The position numbers and the translations under genes were made by a program. From Alphaproteobacteria bacterium (GTDB lineage Bacteria; Pseudomonadota; Alphaproteobacteria; MPNO01), in NCBI GenBank assembly GCA_964291675.2, contig OZ219866.1:3136001-3200000 (forward strand): a stretch of 64,000 nt of DNA, given 5' to 3'. The notes beneath the pieces were generated by a model. That model was given only the letters and a program-made list of their open reading frames with translations, made no database searches and had not been told where the DNA came from. This document shows, in pieces, positions 37,701 through 47,425 of the stretch (position 1 is its first letter; each line of letters starts with the position of its first letter).

Positions 37701-38786
37701 ATGTCATCGTCCAGCAAGTTGAAATCGCTCGCCTTCGGCGTCGCCGCCCTCGGCCTGGCCGCGGCGGTACCGGTCTCGGCGGTCGACGCCAAGTCGTTCA
37801 CGCTGCGCATCGGCGCCGGCCAGGCGATGAAGCCGCTCGAGCCGATCTTCATGGCGAGCACCTATTTCGTGCCCACCGTCAAGGCGCGGGTCGAGAAGGA
37901 GACCGACCACAAGATCCGCTTCATCGAGGCCTATGGCGGCACCGTCGCCGGGCCGTTCGATGTGCTGGAGTCGGTCGAGAAGGGGCTGTTCGACATCGGC
38001 CTCTGGTGCGCCTGCTTCGAGCCCACCAAGGCGGTCCATTTCGCCTTCCACTACTTCGTGCCGTTCGTCACCGACGATCCGGTGTTGCAGGACAAGATCA
38101 CCCGGAAGACCTACAAGCAGTTCCCGGCGTGGACCGAGTCGCTGCACAAGTATAACCAGAAGTGGCTCGGCGCCGGCACGTTCTCGTCCTACGGGCTCGG
38201 CACCAAGTTCAAGTGGTCCAAGATGTCCGACCTCAAGGGCCGCAAGATCGCCGGCGCCGGCCCCAACCTGCCGTGGCTGAAACTGTCCGGGGCGACCGCC
38301 GTCCAGACCAGCCTGAACGAGTCCTACAACTCGCTCCAGTCGGGCGTCTATGAGGGGCTGGTGATCTTCCCGACCGCCTGGCTCGGCTTCAAGCTCAACG
38401 AGCCGGCGAAGGTGTTCACCGTGGTCGGCTGGGGCTCGACGTCGCTCTACCAGATGACGATGAACCTCAAGAGCTACAACAAGCTGCCGCCCGAGGTGCG
38501 GAAGATCATCGACGAGGAGTCAGAGATCTGGATGGACAAGTCGGCCCAGGAATCCTCCAGGCGCTTCGATGCCTCGCTCAAGAAGCTCAAGGAGACCGGC
38601 AGCACGATCCAGTACTTGCCCCCCGAGGAGCGCGCCAAGATGGCCGCGGCGCTCGGCGACTGGCCGAAGCAGAACGCCAAGAAGTTCGACGGCCAGGGCC
38701 TGCCCGGCACCGCGCTGATGAAGGCCTATCTCGCGAACGCGGAAGCCGCCGGCATCAAGCTGCCGCACAAATACGATCTCGACTAG
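37701..38786 (+). CDS. TRAP transporter substrate-binding protein (DctP)
   Basis: Signal peptide, EAYGGTV, DLKGRKI, YNSLQSGVYEG, YNKLPPEVRKII. Confidence 0.88.
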   Translation: MSSSSKLKSLAFGVAALGLAAAVPVSAVDAKSFTLRIGAGQAMKPLEPIFMASTYFVPTVKARVEKETDHKIRFIEAYGGTVAGPFDVLESVEKGLFDIGLWCACFEPTKAVHFAFHYFVPFVTDDPVLQDKITRKTYKQFPAWTESLHKYNQKWLGAGTFSSYGLGTKFKWSKMSDLKGRKIAGAGPNLPWLKLSGATAVQTSLNESYNSLQSGVYEGLVIFPTAWLGFKLNEPAKVFTVVGWGSTSLYQMTMNLKSYNKLPPEVRKIIDEESEIWMDKSAQESSRRFDASLKKLKETGSTIQYLPPEERAKMAAALGDWPKQNAKKFDGQGLPGTALMKAYLANAEAAGIKLPHKYDLD

Positions 38787-38805
38787 CGCCGGATCGTTCG
38801 GGCGC

Positions 38806-38834
38806 GCCGCCCCCGCCCGCGCGGCGGGGGCGGC
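38806..38834. terminator. perfect 12 bp GC hairpin after dctP (mRNA-stabilising stem or weak terminator)
   Basis: GCCGCCCCCGCC-cgcgc-GGCGGGGGCGGC; no U tract. Confidence 0.5.
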
Positions 38835-38866
38835 CGCGACAGGCGTCAAGAAACGGGGAACGCAGC

Positions 38867-39862
38867 ATGATAAGGGCGGCGGTCGTCGGCCTCGGCTGGT
38901 GGGGCCAGCGGATCTGGAGCTCTCTCCAGGGAAGCGAGCGGATCGAGGTCGTGCGGGGGATGGATGTGACCTTCGACCACCTCGCCGAATTCGCCGAGCG
39001 GTCGGGGCTCCCGCTCACCCGGAGCTACGCGGAGGTGCTCGAGGATGCAGCCGTCGACGCGGTGATCCTCACCACCCCGCACGGGCTGCACGAGGAGCAG
39101 GTGGTCGCCGCTGCCGAGGCCGGAAAGCGGATCTTCTGCGAGAAGCCGCTGGCGCTCAACGGCGCATCGGCGGCCCGCATGCTGGAGGCGTGCACCGCGC
39201 GCGGGATCCTGCTCGGCATCGGCCACGAACGGCGCTACGAGCCGGCGCTGATCGAGGTCAAGCGCATGGTCGACGACGGCGAGATCGGGACGCTGCGCCA
39301 TCTGGAGGTCAACTGGTCCTACAGCCTGTTGGCGGGGGCCGCGACGGCGGCCTGGCGCCAGGACCCGGCGCAGGCGCCGGCGGGGCTGATGACCGCGGTC
39401 GGCGTTCACATCACCGACTACCTGCAAAGCATCGCCGGACCCGTCGCCGCGGTGGGCGCGACGCTCAGGCGGCACCGCGAGGACCGGCCCTCCGATGCGA
39501 CGCTCTCGGTCCAGTTCGACTTCGCCTCCGGCGCGACCGGCTATATGTGCAATATCGGGCCGACGCCCTACTACCAGCGGATCACGCTGTTCGGCGACCG
39601 GGGCTGGGTCGAGCACCGCGAGACCGCCCACATCCAGGACCCCGACCCCGCGCTGGTGACCTGGCGGGGAGAGGACGAGGAGATCTGGTCGCGGACCTTC
39701 GATCCGATCGACCAGGTGCGCGCCAATCTCGAAGCCTGGGCGGCGGCGGTCGAGGACGGCGCGGCGTACAAGTTCACCGACCGGCAGAAGGTCCACAATG
39801 TCGAGATCCTGGAGGCGATCGTGAAGTCGACCGAGTCCGGTCGCACCGAGACGGTCGGGTAG
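38867..39862 (+). CDS. Gfo/Idh/MocA-family oxidoreductase
   Basis: VVGLGWWG, TTPHGLH, FCEKPLA, GHERRY. Confidence 0.92.
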   Translation: MIRAAVVGLGWWGQRIWSSLQGSERIEVVRGMDVTFDHLAEFAERSGLPLTRSYAEVLEDAAVDAVILTTPHGLHEEQVVAAAEAGKRIFCEKPLALNGASAARMLEACTARGILLGIGHERRYEPALIEVKRMVDDGEIGTLRHLEVNWSYSLLAGAATAAWRQDPAQAPAGLMTAVGVHITDYLQSIAGPVAAVGATLRRHREDRPSDATLSVQFDFASGATGYMCNIGPTPYYQRITLFGDRGWVEHRETAHIQDPDPALVTWRGEDEEIWSRTFDPIDQVRANLEAWAAAVEDGAAYKFTDRQKVHNVEILEAIVKSTESGRTETVG

Positions 39863-39868
39863 GGGCCG

Positions 39869-41170
39869 TCAGCGGGTCAGGAAGGTGGCGGTGACCGGCC
39901 AGATCCAGATCACCACCATGACGATCAGCATCAGGATCCAGTAGGGGATCGAGCCGCCAAAGATCTCCTTCAGCGTGACCGAGGGGTCGGGCACCGCCCC
40001 CTTGACGGTGTAGACCAGGAGGCCGAAGGGCGGGGTCAGCAGGCCGGCCTCGATGGCGAGGATCCCGAAGATCGCAAACGCATAGGTGTTCCAGCCGCCG
40101 GCCTCCGCCAGCGGCCAGAAGATCGGCACCGTCAAGAGGATGATCGAGATCGAATCGATCAGCGTTCCCATGGCGAGCCAGATCAGGATCATCAGGATGG
40201 TCACGCCGAACGGGCCCAGCCCCATGCCGTCGATGAAGTCCTGGATCACCCCGATGATGCCGCCGAGCGCCAAGAACTTGGCGTACATCGAGGCGGTCAT
40301 CAGGAGGAACAGGATCGGCGCGATGGTCTTGCCCGAATCGATGATCGCCGTGCGGTAGTCCAGCCATTTCAGCCTTTTCATCGCCGAGAAGAGCAGCGCC
40401 CCGCCGCAGCCGACGGCCGCCGATTCGGACGGCGTGAACAGCCCCGCGAACAGCCCGCCGAGGACCAGCAGGATCAGCGCGACCACGCCGAGCCCGCTCA
40501 CCACCTCGGCCAAAGTGGGCGGCTCCTCCGCCAGCGCATCCATGCTCGGCGCCGCCTCCGGCCGGAACCTGGCGTAGCCCGCGCAGTAGAGGCCCATCAG
40601 CGCGGCCAGGATCACGCCCGGGATGAAGCCGGCCAGGAACAGCTTGCCGATCGACTCCTCGATCACGATCCCCCAGACGATCAGCAGCACGCTCGGCGGG
40701 ATCAGCATGCCGAGGCTGGAAGACCCGGCGATCGCGCCGAGCGCATAGGACCGGTTGTAGCCGAAGCGCCGCATCTCCGGGTAGGAGATGCGCGAGAACG
40801 CCATCGCCGAGGCGATGCTGACCCCGGTCACCGCGGCGAAGACCGCGTTGCCGAACACGGTGGCCACGGCCAGCCGGCCCGGCAGCGCGCGCAGGAAATA
40901 GTTGCAGATCTTGTAGAGGTCGCGCGCCATGCCCGATCTCGACATGAACTCGCCCATCAGCACGAACAGCGGGATCGCCGCGAAGACCGAGTTGCGCAGC
41001 ACCGCATAGGCCGCCTGGTTGGCGAGCTCCATGGTGATGGCGAGGTCGTCGAACAGCAGGAAGGTGCCGCCGAGCGAGACCATCCCGAGCACGATGCCGA
41101 TATGCAGCCCGGCGACGACCAGGCCGATCAGCGCGACCAGGATGATGACGAGGACGACCTCTGGCTCCAA
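39869..41170 (-). CDS. TRAP transporter large permease (DctM)
   Basis: AIPLFVLMGEF, LGMLIPPS, FTPSESAA, GLLTPPFG; TTG start. Confidence 0.93.
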   Translation of the reverse strand: MEPEVVLVIILVALIGLVVAGLHIGIVLGMVSLGGTFLLFDDLAITMELANQAAYAVLRNSVFAAIPLFVLMGEFMSRSGMARDLYKICNYFLRALPGRLAVATVFGNAVFAAVTGVSIASAMAFSRISYPEMRRFGYNRSYALGAIAGSSSLGMLIPPSVLLIVWGIVIEESIGKLFLAGFIPGVILAALMGLYCAGYARFRPEAAPSMDALAEEPPTLAEVVSGLGVVALILLVLGGLFAGLFTPSESAAVGCGGALLFSAMKRLKWLDYRTAIIDSGKTIAPILFLLMTASMYAKFLALGGIIGVIQDFIDGMGLGPFGVTILMILIWLAMGTLIDSISIILLTVPIFWPLAEAGGWNTYAFAIFGILAIEAGLLTPPFGLLVYTVKGAVPDPSVTLKEIFGGSIPYWILMLIVMVVIWIWPVTATFLTR

Positions 41171-41200
41171 GATGCTCTCCCCGGCGCGGCTGCCGCGCGC

Positions 41201-41728
41201 CTATGCGGGTTCCGCTTCCGCCTTGCCGGTGACGGCGACGTAGAACAGTTGCACGTAGATCAGCGCGCAGATCGCGCTGAAGGCGAGGATCAGCGTTCGC
41301 ACCGGGTAGATCGGCACCTCGAACGCGCCGGCGCCCTCGATCTCCCGGACCTCCCAGCTCACGATCATCGCGTCCCAGCCGCCGAAGATGATGGCGAGGA
41401 ACAGCGCCGCCCCGAGCAGATAGGACGCGCAGTCGATGACGCGGCGCGGAATCCTGGAAACCGCGTAGTAGACGATGGTGGTGCGCAGCATCGCGCCGCG
41501 CTTGATGGTCGACGGAAGCTCGAGGAACAGGATGCCGACGATCGAGTTGCCGACGATCTCGTGGGTGCCGAGGAACGGCGTGTTGAACAGCTCGCGGCCG
41601 ATGATGTCGTAGAGGAAGATCGCGGCCAGCAGCAGGATCCAGAACGCCGAGATCGTGCTCAGCGTCTCCGTCGCCCGCGTGACGAAGTCGGGCCTTGCCC
41701 CCTGCGCGGTGTCCGGATCGTCCGCCAA
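41201..41728 (-). CDS. TRAP transporter small permease (DctQ)
   Basis: DIIGRELFNTPFLGTHEI, four TM segments, PIYPVR; start uncertain (TTG 41728 or ATG 41779). Confidence 0.85.
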   Translation of the reverse strand: MADDPDTAQGARPDFVTRATETLSTISAFWILLLAAIFLYDIIGRELFNTPFLGTHEIVGNSIVGILFLELPSTIKRGAMLRTTIVYYAVSRIPRRVIDCASYLLGAALFLAIIFGGWDAMIVSWEVREIEGAGAFEVPIYPVRTLILAFSAICALIYVQLFYVAVTGKAEAEPA

Positions 41729-41844
41729 CGGCCTCGCCTCCCTGCCCGTTGCACAGTAGAGGGATGGATTGGCATGCACAAATTCCTTCCCCCACCGGGC
41801 GCCCTCGCGCCATGATAGGGCAGACCAGCGAATGGAGGAGGGAG

Positions 41845-42423
41845 ATGGCGAATTCGATCCACACGCCGAGCAAGGCGGAGTTCGAGAGCCGCATCGGCAG
41901 GTTCGAGGATTTGAAGCCGATGTCGACCGCGGGCGAGATCGGCTGGGTCGGGCAGGACGCGATGGACATCATCTTCGCCCGCAAGCTGATGCCGGTCATC
42001 CTGGACGACGACACCAAGAACCCGTTCGGCAGCGACGCGCCGATCTTCGGCGCCGCCGGCTCGACCATGTTCATCTCGATCATGCCGCCGGGGCAGGGGC
42101 CCTGCCTGCACTCGCACAACACCACCTTCGAGACCTTCATGGTGCTGCAGGGCGAGATCGAATACTACGTCGGCGAGCCCGTCGAGCACCGGGCGCGGCT
42201 CGGCAAGTGGGACACCTTCTCCTGCCCGCCCGGCGTCTATCGCGGGTTCCACAATGTCGGCGACATCGACGCGGTTCAGCTCACCGTAATCACCGGGCTC
42301 GGCGAAGACCGGGACGACGTCTCGATGCCCGACTCCATCGCCCGGCAGATCGAGGGCGCGCACGGCGACAAGGTGCTCGAAGCGATCCAGGGCGTGTTCC
42401 ACTTCGACCCGCCGGCGGCCTGA
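41845..42423 (+). CDS. cupin-domain protein
   Basis: PPGQGPCLHSHNTTFETF, PPGVYRGFHN; GGAGGAGG RBS. Confidence 0.85.
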   Translation: MANSIHTPSKAEFESRIGRFEDLKPMSTAGEIGWVGQDAMDIIFARKLMPVILDDDTKNPFGSDAPIFGAAGSTMFISIMPPGQGPCLHSHNTTFETFMVLQGEIEYYVGEPVEHRARLGKWDTFSCPPGVYRGFHNVGDIDAVQLTVITGLGEDRDDVSMPDSIARQIEGAHGDKVLEAIQGVFHFDPPAA

Positions 42424-42425
42424 CC

Positions 42426-44804
42426 ATGGCTGAAGACCGCTGGATTCTCGACCGCCCCAACTCCTATATCGGGCGCAGCGTGCCGCGCCCCGACGCCAGG
42501 CGCCTGACGCACGGGCGGGGCACCTTCGTCGACGACATCGTGCTGCCCAGGATGGTGCATGCCGCCTTCGTCCGCAGCCCGCACGCCCATGCGAGGATCG
42601 TCTCCATCGACACCGAAGCGGCCGCCGCCGCGCCCGGCGTGGTCGCGGTGGTGACCGGCGCGGAGCTCGCCCGCATCCACGAGCCCTGGGTCGGCGTGCT
42701 CACCCATCTCGAAGGGCTCAAATCCGCGCCCCAGCACGCGCTTCCCGTCGACGTCGCGCGCTGGCAGGGCGAGGCGGTGGTCGCCGTCGTCGCCGAGCGC
42801 CGCGAGCAGGCCGAGGACGCGGCCGAGCTGGTGGAGATCGAGTGGGAGGAGCTGCCGGCCGCGACCGACATGGAGACCGCGCTCGATCCCGGGACGCCGG
42901 TGATCCATGCCGAGCTCGGCGACAACCTCGCCTGGCAGCGGCAATACGCGGCGGGCGACGTCGATGCCGCCTATGAAGCGGCCGACGCGGTGGTGGAGGA
43001 GACCTACCTGTTCGGCCGGCATACCGGGGTGACGCTGGAGCCGCGCGGCCTGGTCGCCGATTTCGACCCGTCGACGCGCAACCTGACGGTCCACCACTCC
43101 ACCCAGTCGCCGCACATGATGCAGGGCATATTCGCGCTCCATTTCGGGCTCGAGGAGCATCGCGTCAGGGTGATCGCCAAGGATGTCGGCGGCTCGTTCG
43201 GCATCAAGGTGCACACCTATGCCGACGAGATGGCGACGGTGGGGCTGGCGATCGCGCTCAAGCGACCGGTCAAGTTCGTGGCCGACCGGCTGGAGTCGTT
43301 CCTCTCCGACATCCACGCGCGCGACCACCGGATCGACGCCAAGATCGCGATGGCCAGGGACGGCCGCATCCTGGCGATGGAGATCGACGACCTCACCGGC
43401 GTCGGGCCGTATTCGATGTACCCCAGGACCAGCGCCATCGAGGCCAACCAGATCGTCAACATGATCGGCGGGCCCTACGCCTTCGACAACTACCGGGCGC
43501 GCGCCCGCGTGGTGTTCATGAACAAGAACATGATGTGCCAGTACCGCGCGGTCGGCCATCCGATCATGTGCGCGGTGACCGAGGGGCTGGTCGATTCGGG
43601 GGCCCGCGCGGTCGGCATGGACCCGGCCGAGATACGCCGGATCAACGTGCACCGCGACGGCGAGTACCCGAAGAAATCCGCCCAGGGGATGAATTTCGAG
43701 AGCCTCTCCCACCAGGAGAGCCTGAACAAGATCCTGGAGATGATGGACTACGGCGCGCTCTGCGCCGAGCGCGACCGCCTCAGGGCCGACGGCGTCTGGC
43801 GCGGTGTCGGGCTCGCCAGCTTCATCGAGGTCACCAACCCGTCGGCGATGTTTTATGGCATCGGCGGCGCCCGCATCTCGGCCCAGGACGGGGCGACGAT
43901 GCGCCTCGACGCGCGCGGCAACGTGTTCGTCTCGACCGGCGCGACCGAGCAGGGGCAGGGGATGGAGACCGTCGCCGCCCAGGTCGCGGCGACCGCGATG
44001 GGGGTTCCCATCGACCGGGTCCGGGTGATCTCCGGCGATACCGAGCACACCCCCTATGGCGGCGGCACCTGGGCGTCGCGGGCGGCCGGGATCGGCGGCG
44101 AGGCGATCGCCCAGACCGGGAAGGCGCTGCGCGCGCAGATTCTCGACGTGGCCGGCGTCATGCTGCAGGCCGAGGCCGGGAGCCTCGACATAAGGGGCGG
44201 GGTCGTGGTCGACCGCGAGACCGGGGTCGAGCGCATCGGCCTCGATGAGATCGGGCGCATCTGCTATTTCCGCCCCGACACCCTGCCGGTCGACTACCAG
44301 TCCGAGCTGATGGCGACCCGCCACTACGTGCCCAAGGACTACCCCTTCGCCTTCACCAACGGGGTGCAGGGGGCCTATGTCGAGGTGGACGCCGAGACCG
44401 GGTTCCTCACCCTGCTCAACCACTGGTGCGTCGAGGATTGCGGCACGGTGATCAATCCGCAGATGGTCGACGAACAGATCCGCGGCGGCATCGTCCAGGG
44501 GCTGGGCGGCGCGCTCTGGGAGCACTGCGTCTACGACGAGGCGGGCCAGCTCCAGAACGGTACCATGGCGGACTACCTGGTCCCGCAGTCGAACGAGACG
44601 CCCGACATCGAATGCGCCCACGTGGTCTCGATGACCGGCTCGTCCGAGCTCGGCGCCAAGGGCGCGGGCGAGGCCGGGACCTGCGGCGCGCCGGCGGTGG
44701 TGATGAACGCGGTCAACGACGCGCTGGCGCCGTTCGGGGCGAAGGTCACCGCGATGCCGTTCACCCCGGGGCGGATCCTGGAGGCGATCGCCGCGGGCGG
44801 GTAA
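42426..44804 (+). CDS. xanthine dehydrogenase-family molybdopterin-binding large subunit (CoxL-like)
   Basis: VRSPHAHA, DVGGSFGIK, QYRAVG, QGQGMET, QIRGGIVQGLG, GAKGAGE. Confidence 0.93.
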   Translation: MAEDRWILDRPNSYIGRSVPRPDARRLTHGRGTFVDDIVLPRMVHAAFVRSPHAHARIVSIDTEAAAAAPGVVAVVTGAELARIHEPWVGVLTHLEGLKSAPQHALPVDVARWQGEAVVAVVAERREQAEDAAELVEIEWEELPAATDMETALDPGTPVIHAELGDNLAWQRQYAAGDVDAAYEAADAVVEETYLFGRHTGVTLEPRGLVADFDPSTRNLTVHHSTQSPHMMQGIFALHFGLEEHRVRVIAKDVGGSFGIKVHTYADEMATVGLAIALKRPVKFVADRLESFLSDIHARDHRIDAKIAMARDGRILAMEIDDLTGVGPYSMYPRTSAIEANQIVNMIGGPYAFDNYRARARVVFMNKNMMCQYRAVGHPIMCAVTEGLVDSGARAVGMDPAEIRRINVHRDGEYPKKSAQGMNFESLSHQESLNKILEMMDYGALCAERDRLRADGVWRGVGLASFIEVTNPSAMFYGIGGARISAQDGATMRLDARGNVFVSTGATEQGQGMETVAAQVAATAMGVPIDRVRVISGDTEHTPYGGGTWASRAAGIGGEAIAQTGKALRAQILDVAGVMLQAEAGSLDIRGGVVVDRETGVERIGLDEIGRICYFRPDTLPVDYQSELMATRHYVPKDYPFAFTNGVQGAYVEVDAETGFLTLLNHWCVEDCGTVINPQMVDEQIRGGIVQGLGGALWEHCVYDEAGQLQNGTMADYLVPQSNETPDIECAHVVSMTGSSELGAKGAGEAGTCGAPAVVMNAVNDALAPFGAKVTAMPFTPGRILEAIAAGG

Positions 44805-44828
44805 GGGCGCATCGAGGGGACGCCCGTA

Positions 44829-45608
44829 TCAGGGCCGCACGACCTCCAGCAGCCCCCTGAAGGGCCCCTTCGAGCGGATCACCAGCCCGGTGAGCGCGGC
44901 TCTCTTGCGCAGCCCCTCGCTCGCCAGGAAGCAGCTCCGGCGGGCGCGCCGCAGCGGATCCGAAGACGCCTCGATCGGCCCCACGCCTATCAACGAGGCG
45001 AGTCCCTCGCTTCGCGTTCGATGCTGAACCACGGCGGGGTCGAGACTGTACGTCTTCAGGCCGTGATGCCAGTAGCGCGCGAGCGACCTGTCGATGCCGT
45101 CGCGGATCAGCGGGTTCGCTTCCAGGAACCGCCGGGCCGCCTGGCGCGTGATCGCATAGCCCTGGGAGCCGAAATGGGACCAGCGGGTCCAGCCCAGGCG
45201 ATGCCCGGTGGGCAGCGCCGCATGGGCAATGAACGGGCGCCTCGGCCCGTGGTGGAGGAATACGATCCCGAAGGGTTCCGTCGTCTCTTCCAGAGCCCGC
45301 AGCACTGCCGGGAATTCGGGCGAGAAAGTCGCGTCGTCCTCCAGCACGGTCATGATTTCGGGTCCGTTCTCCACCATGTCCAGCATGGCCTCGCGCTGGC
45401 TGATCCAGTTGGCGATGGACCCCATGCGGATGGGCCGCCCGGCCCGGCGATAGGCCGAACGGTCGATCAGGGGTTGGTATGCGGGCGGAAGATCGTGGCC
45501 GTCCACGGCGTCGCGCAGCTCGAACTCCAACCCCAGGGCGTGCAGGTCGGAAACGATCCTTCGCCGCCGCTCGACCGCCCTTTCCAGACTGATGACAACT
45601 ATCTTCAG
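44829..45608 (-). CDS. glycosyltransferase family 25 (Lex2B/LgtE-like); start uncertain
   Basis: Family N-terminus KIVVISLERAVERRRRI is in frame upstream of the track start; DAVDG, VLEDDA, GYAITRQAARRF. Confidence 0.8.
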   Translation of the reverse strand: MKIVVISLERAVERRRRIVSDLHALGLEFELRDAVDGHDLPPAYQPLIDRSAYRRAGRPIRMGSIANWISQREAMLDMVENGPEIMTVLEDDATFSPEFPAVLRALEETTEPFGIVFLHHGPRRPFIAHAALPTGHRLGWTRWSHFGSQGYAITRQAARRFLEANPLIRDGIDRSLARYWHHGLKTYSLDPAVVQHRTRSEGLASLIGVGPIEASSDPLRRARRSCFLASEGLRKRAALTGLVIRSKGPFRGLLEVVRP

Positions 45609-45621
45609 AGCGGACGACCGG

Positions 45622-46392
45622 TCAGAAATTGTCCTTGCGGGTGCGCACTTCGGCGAAGACCTCCACCGGCGTGCTGCCCTCCATCCCGAGCGCCGCCGCG
45701 AAGGCGGGGACGTCGGCGCGGAGGAAGGGGTTGGTCCGCCGCTCCAGCCCGAGCTGCGACGGCACGGTGCGCTCCCCGGCCGCCCGCTTGCGGTCTACCT
45801 CCGCGGCATAGGCCGCGAGGTCGCCATTGTCCGGCTCCACCGTGACCGCGAAGCGCGCGTTGGACTGGGTGTATTCGTGCGCGCAATAGACCATGGTCTC
45901 GTCGGGCAGCGGCTTGAACTTGGAGATCGAGTTCCACATCTGCTCATGCGTGCCCTCGAACACCCGGCCGCAGCCCAGCGCGAACAGCGTGTCGCCGCAG
46001 AACAGGGCTTCCGATTCCGGGAACCAGTAGGCGATATGCCCGCGCGTGTGGCCCGGCACGTCGAACACCCTGGCCTCCGCCTCGTAGAGCATATAGGTAT
46101 CGCCGTCGCCGACTTCGATGTCGATGCCGGGGATCCGGTCGCGGTCCGCGCGGGGGCCGACCACGGTGCAGCCGGTGCGCTGCTTGATTTCCGGCACGCC
46201 GCCGATGTGGTCGTTGTGGTGATGCGTCGCCAGCACGTGGGTGAGGTTCCAGCCGAGCCCGTCCAGCGCCTCGAACACCGGCGCCGCGTCCGAGGGGTCG
46301 ACCACCGCCGCCTGGCCGGTCGAGGACTCGCGGACGAGATAGACGTAGTTGTCGACCCGCGTCGGGATCTGATGAATTTCGAGCGTCGACAT
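45622..46392 (-). CDS. gloB: hydroxyacylglutathione hydrolase (glyoxalase II)
   Basis: DNYVYL, THHHNDHIGG, PGHTRGH, FCGDTLF, CAHEYT, TNPFLR, RKDNF. Confidence 0.95.
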   Translation of the reverse strand: MSTLEIHQIPTRVDNYVYLVRESSTGQAAVVDPSDAAPVFEALDGLGWNLTHVLATHHHNDHIGGVPEIKQRTGCTVVGPRADRDRIPGIDIEVGDGDTYMLYEAEARVFDVPGHTRGHIAYWFPESEALFCGDTLFALGCGRVFEGTHEQMWNSISKFKPLPDETMVYCAHEYTQSNARFAVTVEPDNGDLAAYAAEVDRKRAAGERTVPSQLGLERRTNPFLRADVPAFAAALGMEGSTPVEVFAEVRTRKDNF

Positions 46393-46530
46393 GGCAGCAT
46401 GTTCTCCCGCGATCGGCACCGGCTGGCGGGGCGCAAACTAGCAGGAAGAAGCGGTCGATTCCATCCAGGCCCGGCGTCCGGTCACATCGGGCGTATCCGT
46501 TTCGCAAGGGACCGCCGACGCTTCCGAGGC

Positions 46531-46640
46531 CGTCCTTCGATACGCCGCCCTCCGGGCGGCTACTCAGGATGAGGAGGATTGTTGGCGGGCCATACCCCAC
46601 CCTCATCCTGAGTAGCGGCGAAGCCGCGTATCGAAGGACG
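46531..46640. repeat. palindromic intergenic repeat (RIME/RPE-like) between gloB and the methyltransferase
   Basis: CGTCCTTCGATACGC...CTACTCAGGATGAGG paired with CCTCATCCTGAGTAG...GCGTATCGAAGGACG. Confidence 0.85.
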
Positions 46641-46693
46641 CGCTTCAGCCGCAGGTCATGACAGTGCCGGAGAATCCGGGCTAGGCTGGCCGG

Positions 46694-47425
46694 ATGTGGA
46701 CGGATGTGGTCGAGTTGCGGAACTTCTACCGCTCCCGGATCGGCGGCGTCGCGCGGCGCGCGATCCGCGACCACGTCCGCGCGTGCTGGGGCGAGGTAAC
46801 CGGGATGAGCGTGCTGGGAATCGGCTATGCCACGCCCTATCTCGGCCAGTTCCGCGCCGAGGCGGAGCGGGTCGTCGCCGTGATGCCGGCCCGCCAGGGG
46901 GTGATCCGGTGGCCCGGCGAGGGGGCCAATTTGGCGGCGCTGGCGGACGAGGCGGAGCTCCCCTTGCCCGACCTCTCCATGGACCGGGTGATCCTGGTGC
47001 ACGCACTCGAATCGGCCGAGCAGCTCCGGCCCATGCTGCGCGAGGTCTGGCGGGTGATGGCCGACGGCGCGCGGCTGGTCGTCGTGGTGCCCAACCGCAC
47101 CGGAATCTGGGCGCGGCTCGACAGGACGCCGTTCGGACACGGACACCCCTATTCCCAGTCGCAGCTCTCCTTGCTGCTCAAGGACGCCATGTTCAACCCG
47201 GTCGCGGCGCGCTACGGGCTGTTCGTCCCGCCCAGCCGCCGCCGCGTCCTGCACGCCGCCGCCCCGGCATGGGAGCGCATCGGCGGGCGCTGGTTTCCCC
47301 GTCTCGGCGGCGTGCTGATCGCCGAGGCGACCAAGCTGATCTACGCGGCAACGCCGGCGGCCGCGGTCTCAGGCCGCCGCCGAATCCTCGCGCCGCAGCA
47401 GAAAGATTCCCTGCCGGCTCCTTAG
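46694..47425 (+). CDS. class I SAM-dependent methyltransferase (YafS-like), divergent from gloB
   Basis: LGIGYATPYL, DRVILVHALE, LREVWRV, TPFGHGHPYS; familiar gloB-divergent arrangement. Confidence 0.88.
   Translation: MWTDVVELRNFYRSRIGGVARRAIRDHVRACWGEVTGMSVLGIGYATPYLGQFRAEAERVVAVMPARQGVIRWPGEGANLAALADEAELPLPDLSMDRVILVHALESAEQLRPMLREVWRVMADGARLVVVVPNRTGIWARLDRTPFGHGHPYSQSQLSLLLKDAMFNPVAARYGLFVPPSRRRVLHAAAPAWERIGGRWFPRLGGVLIAEATKLIYAATPAAAVSGRRRILAPQQKDSLPAP

Noticed and set aside
42426-44804. Aerobic CO dehydrogenase
   Set aside because: It lacks the AYxCSFR motif, and no coxM, coxS or accessory genes are adjacent.
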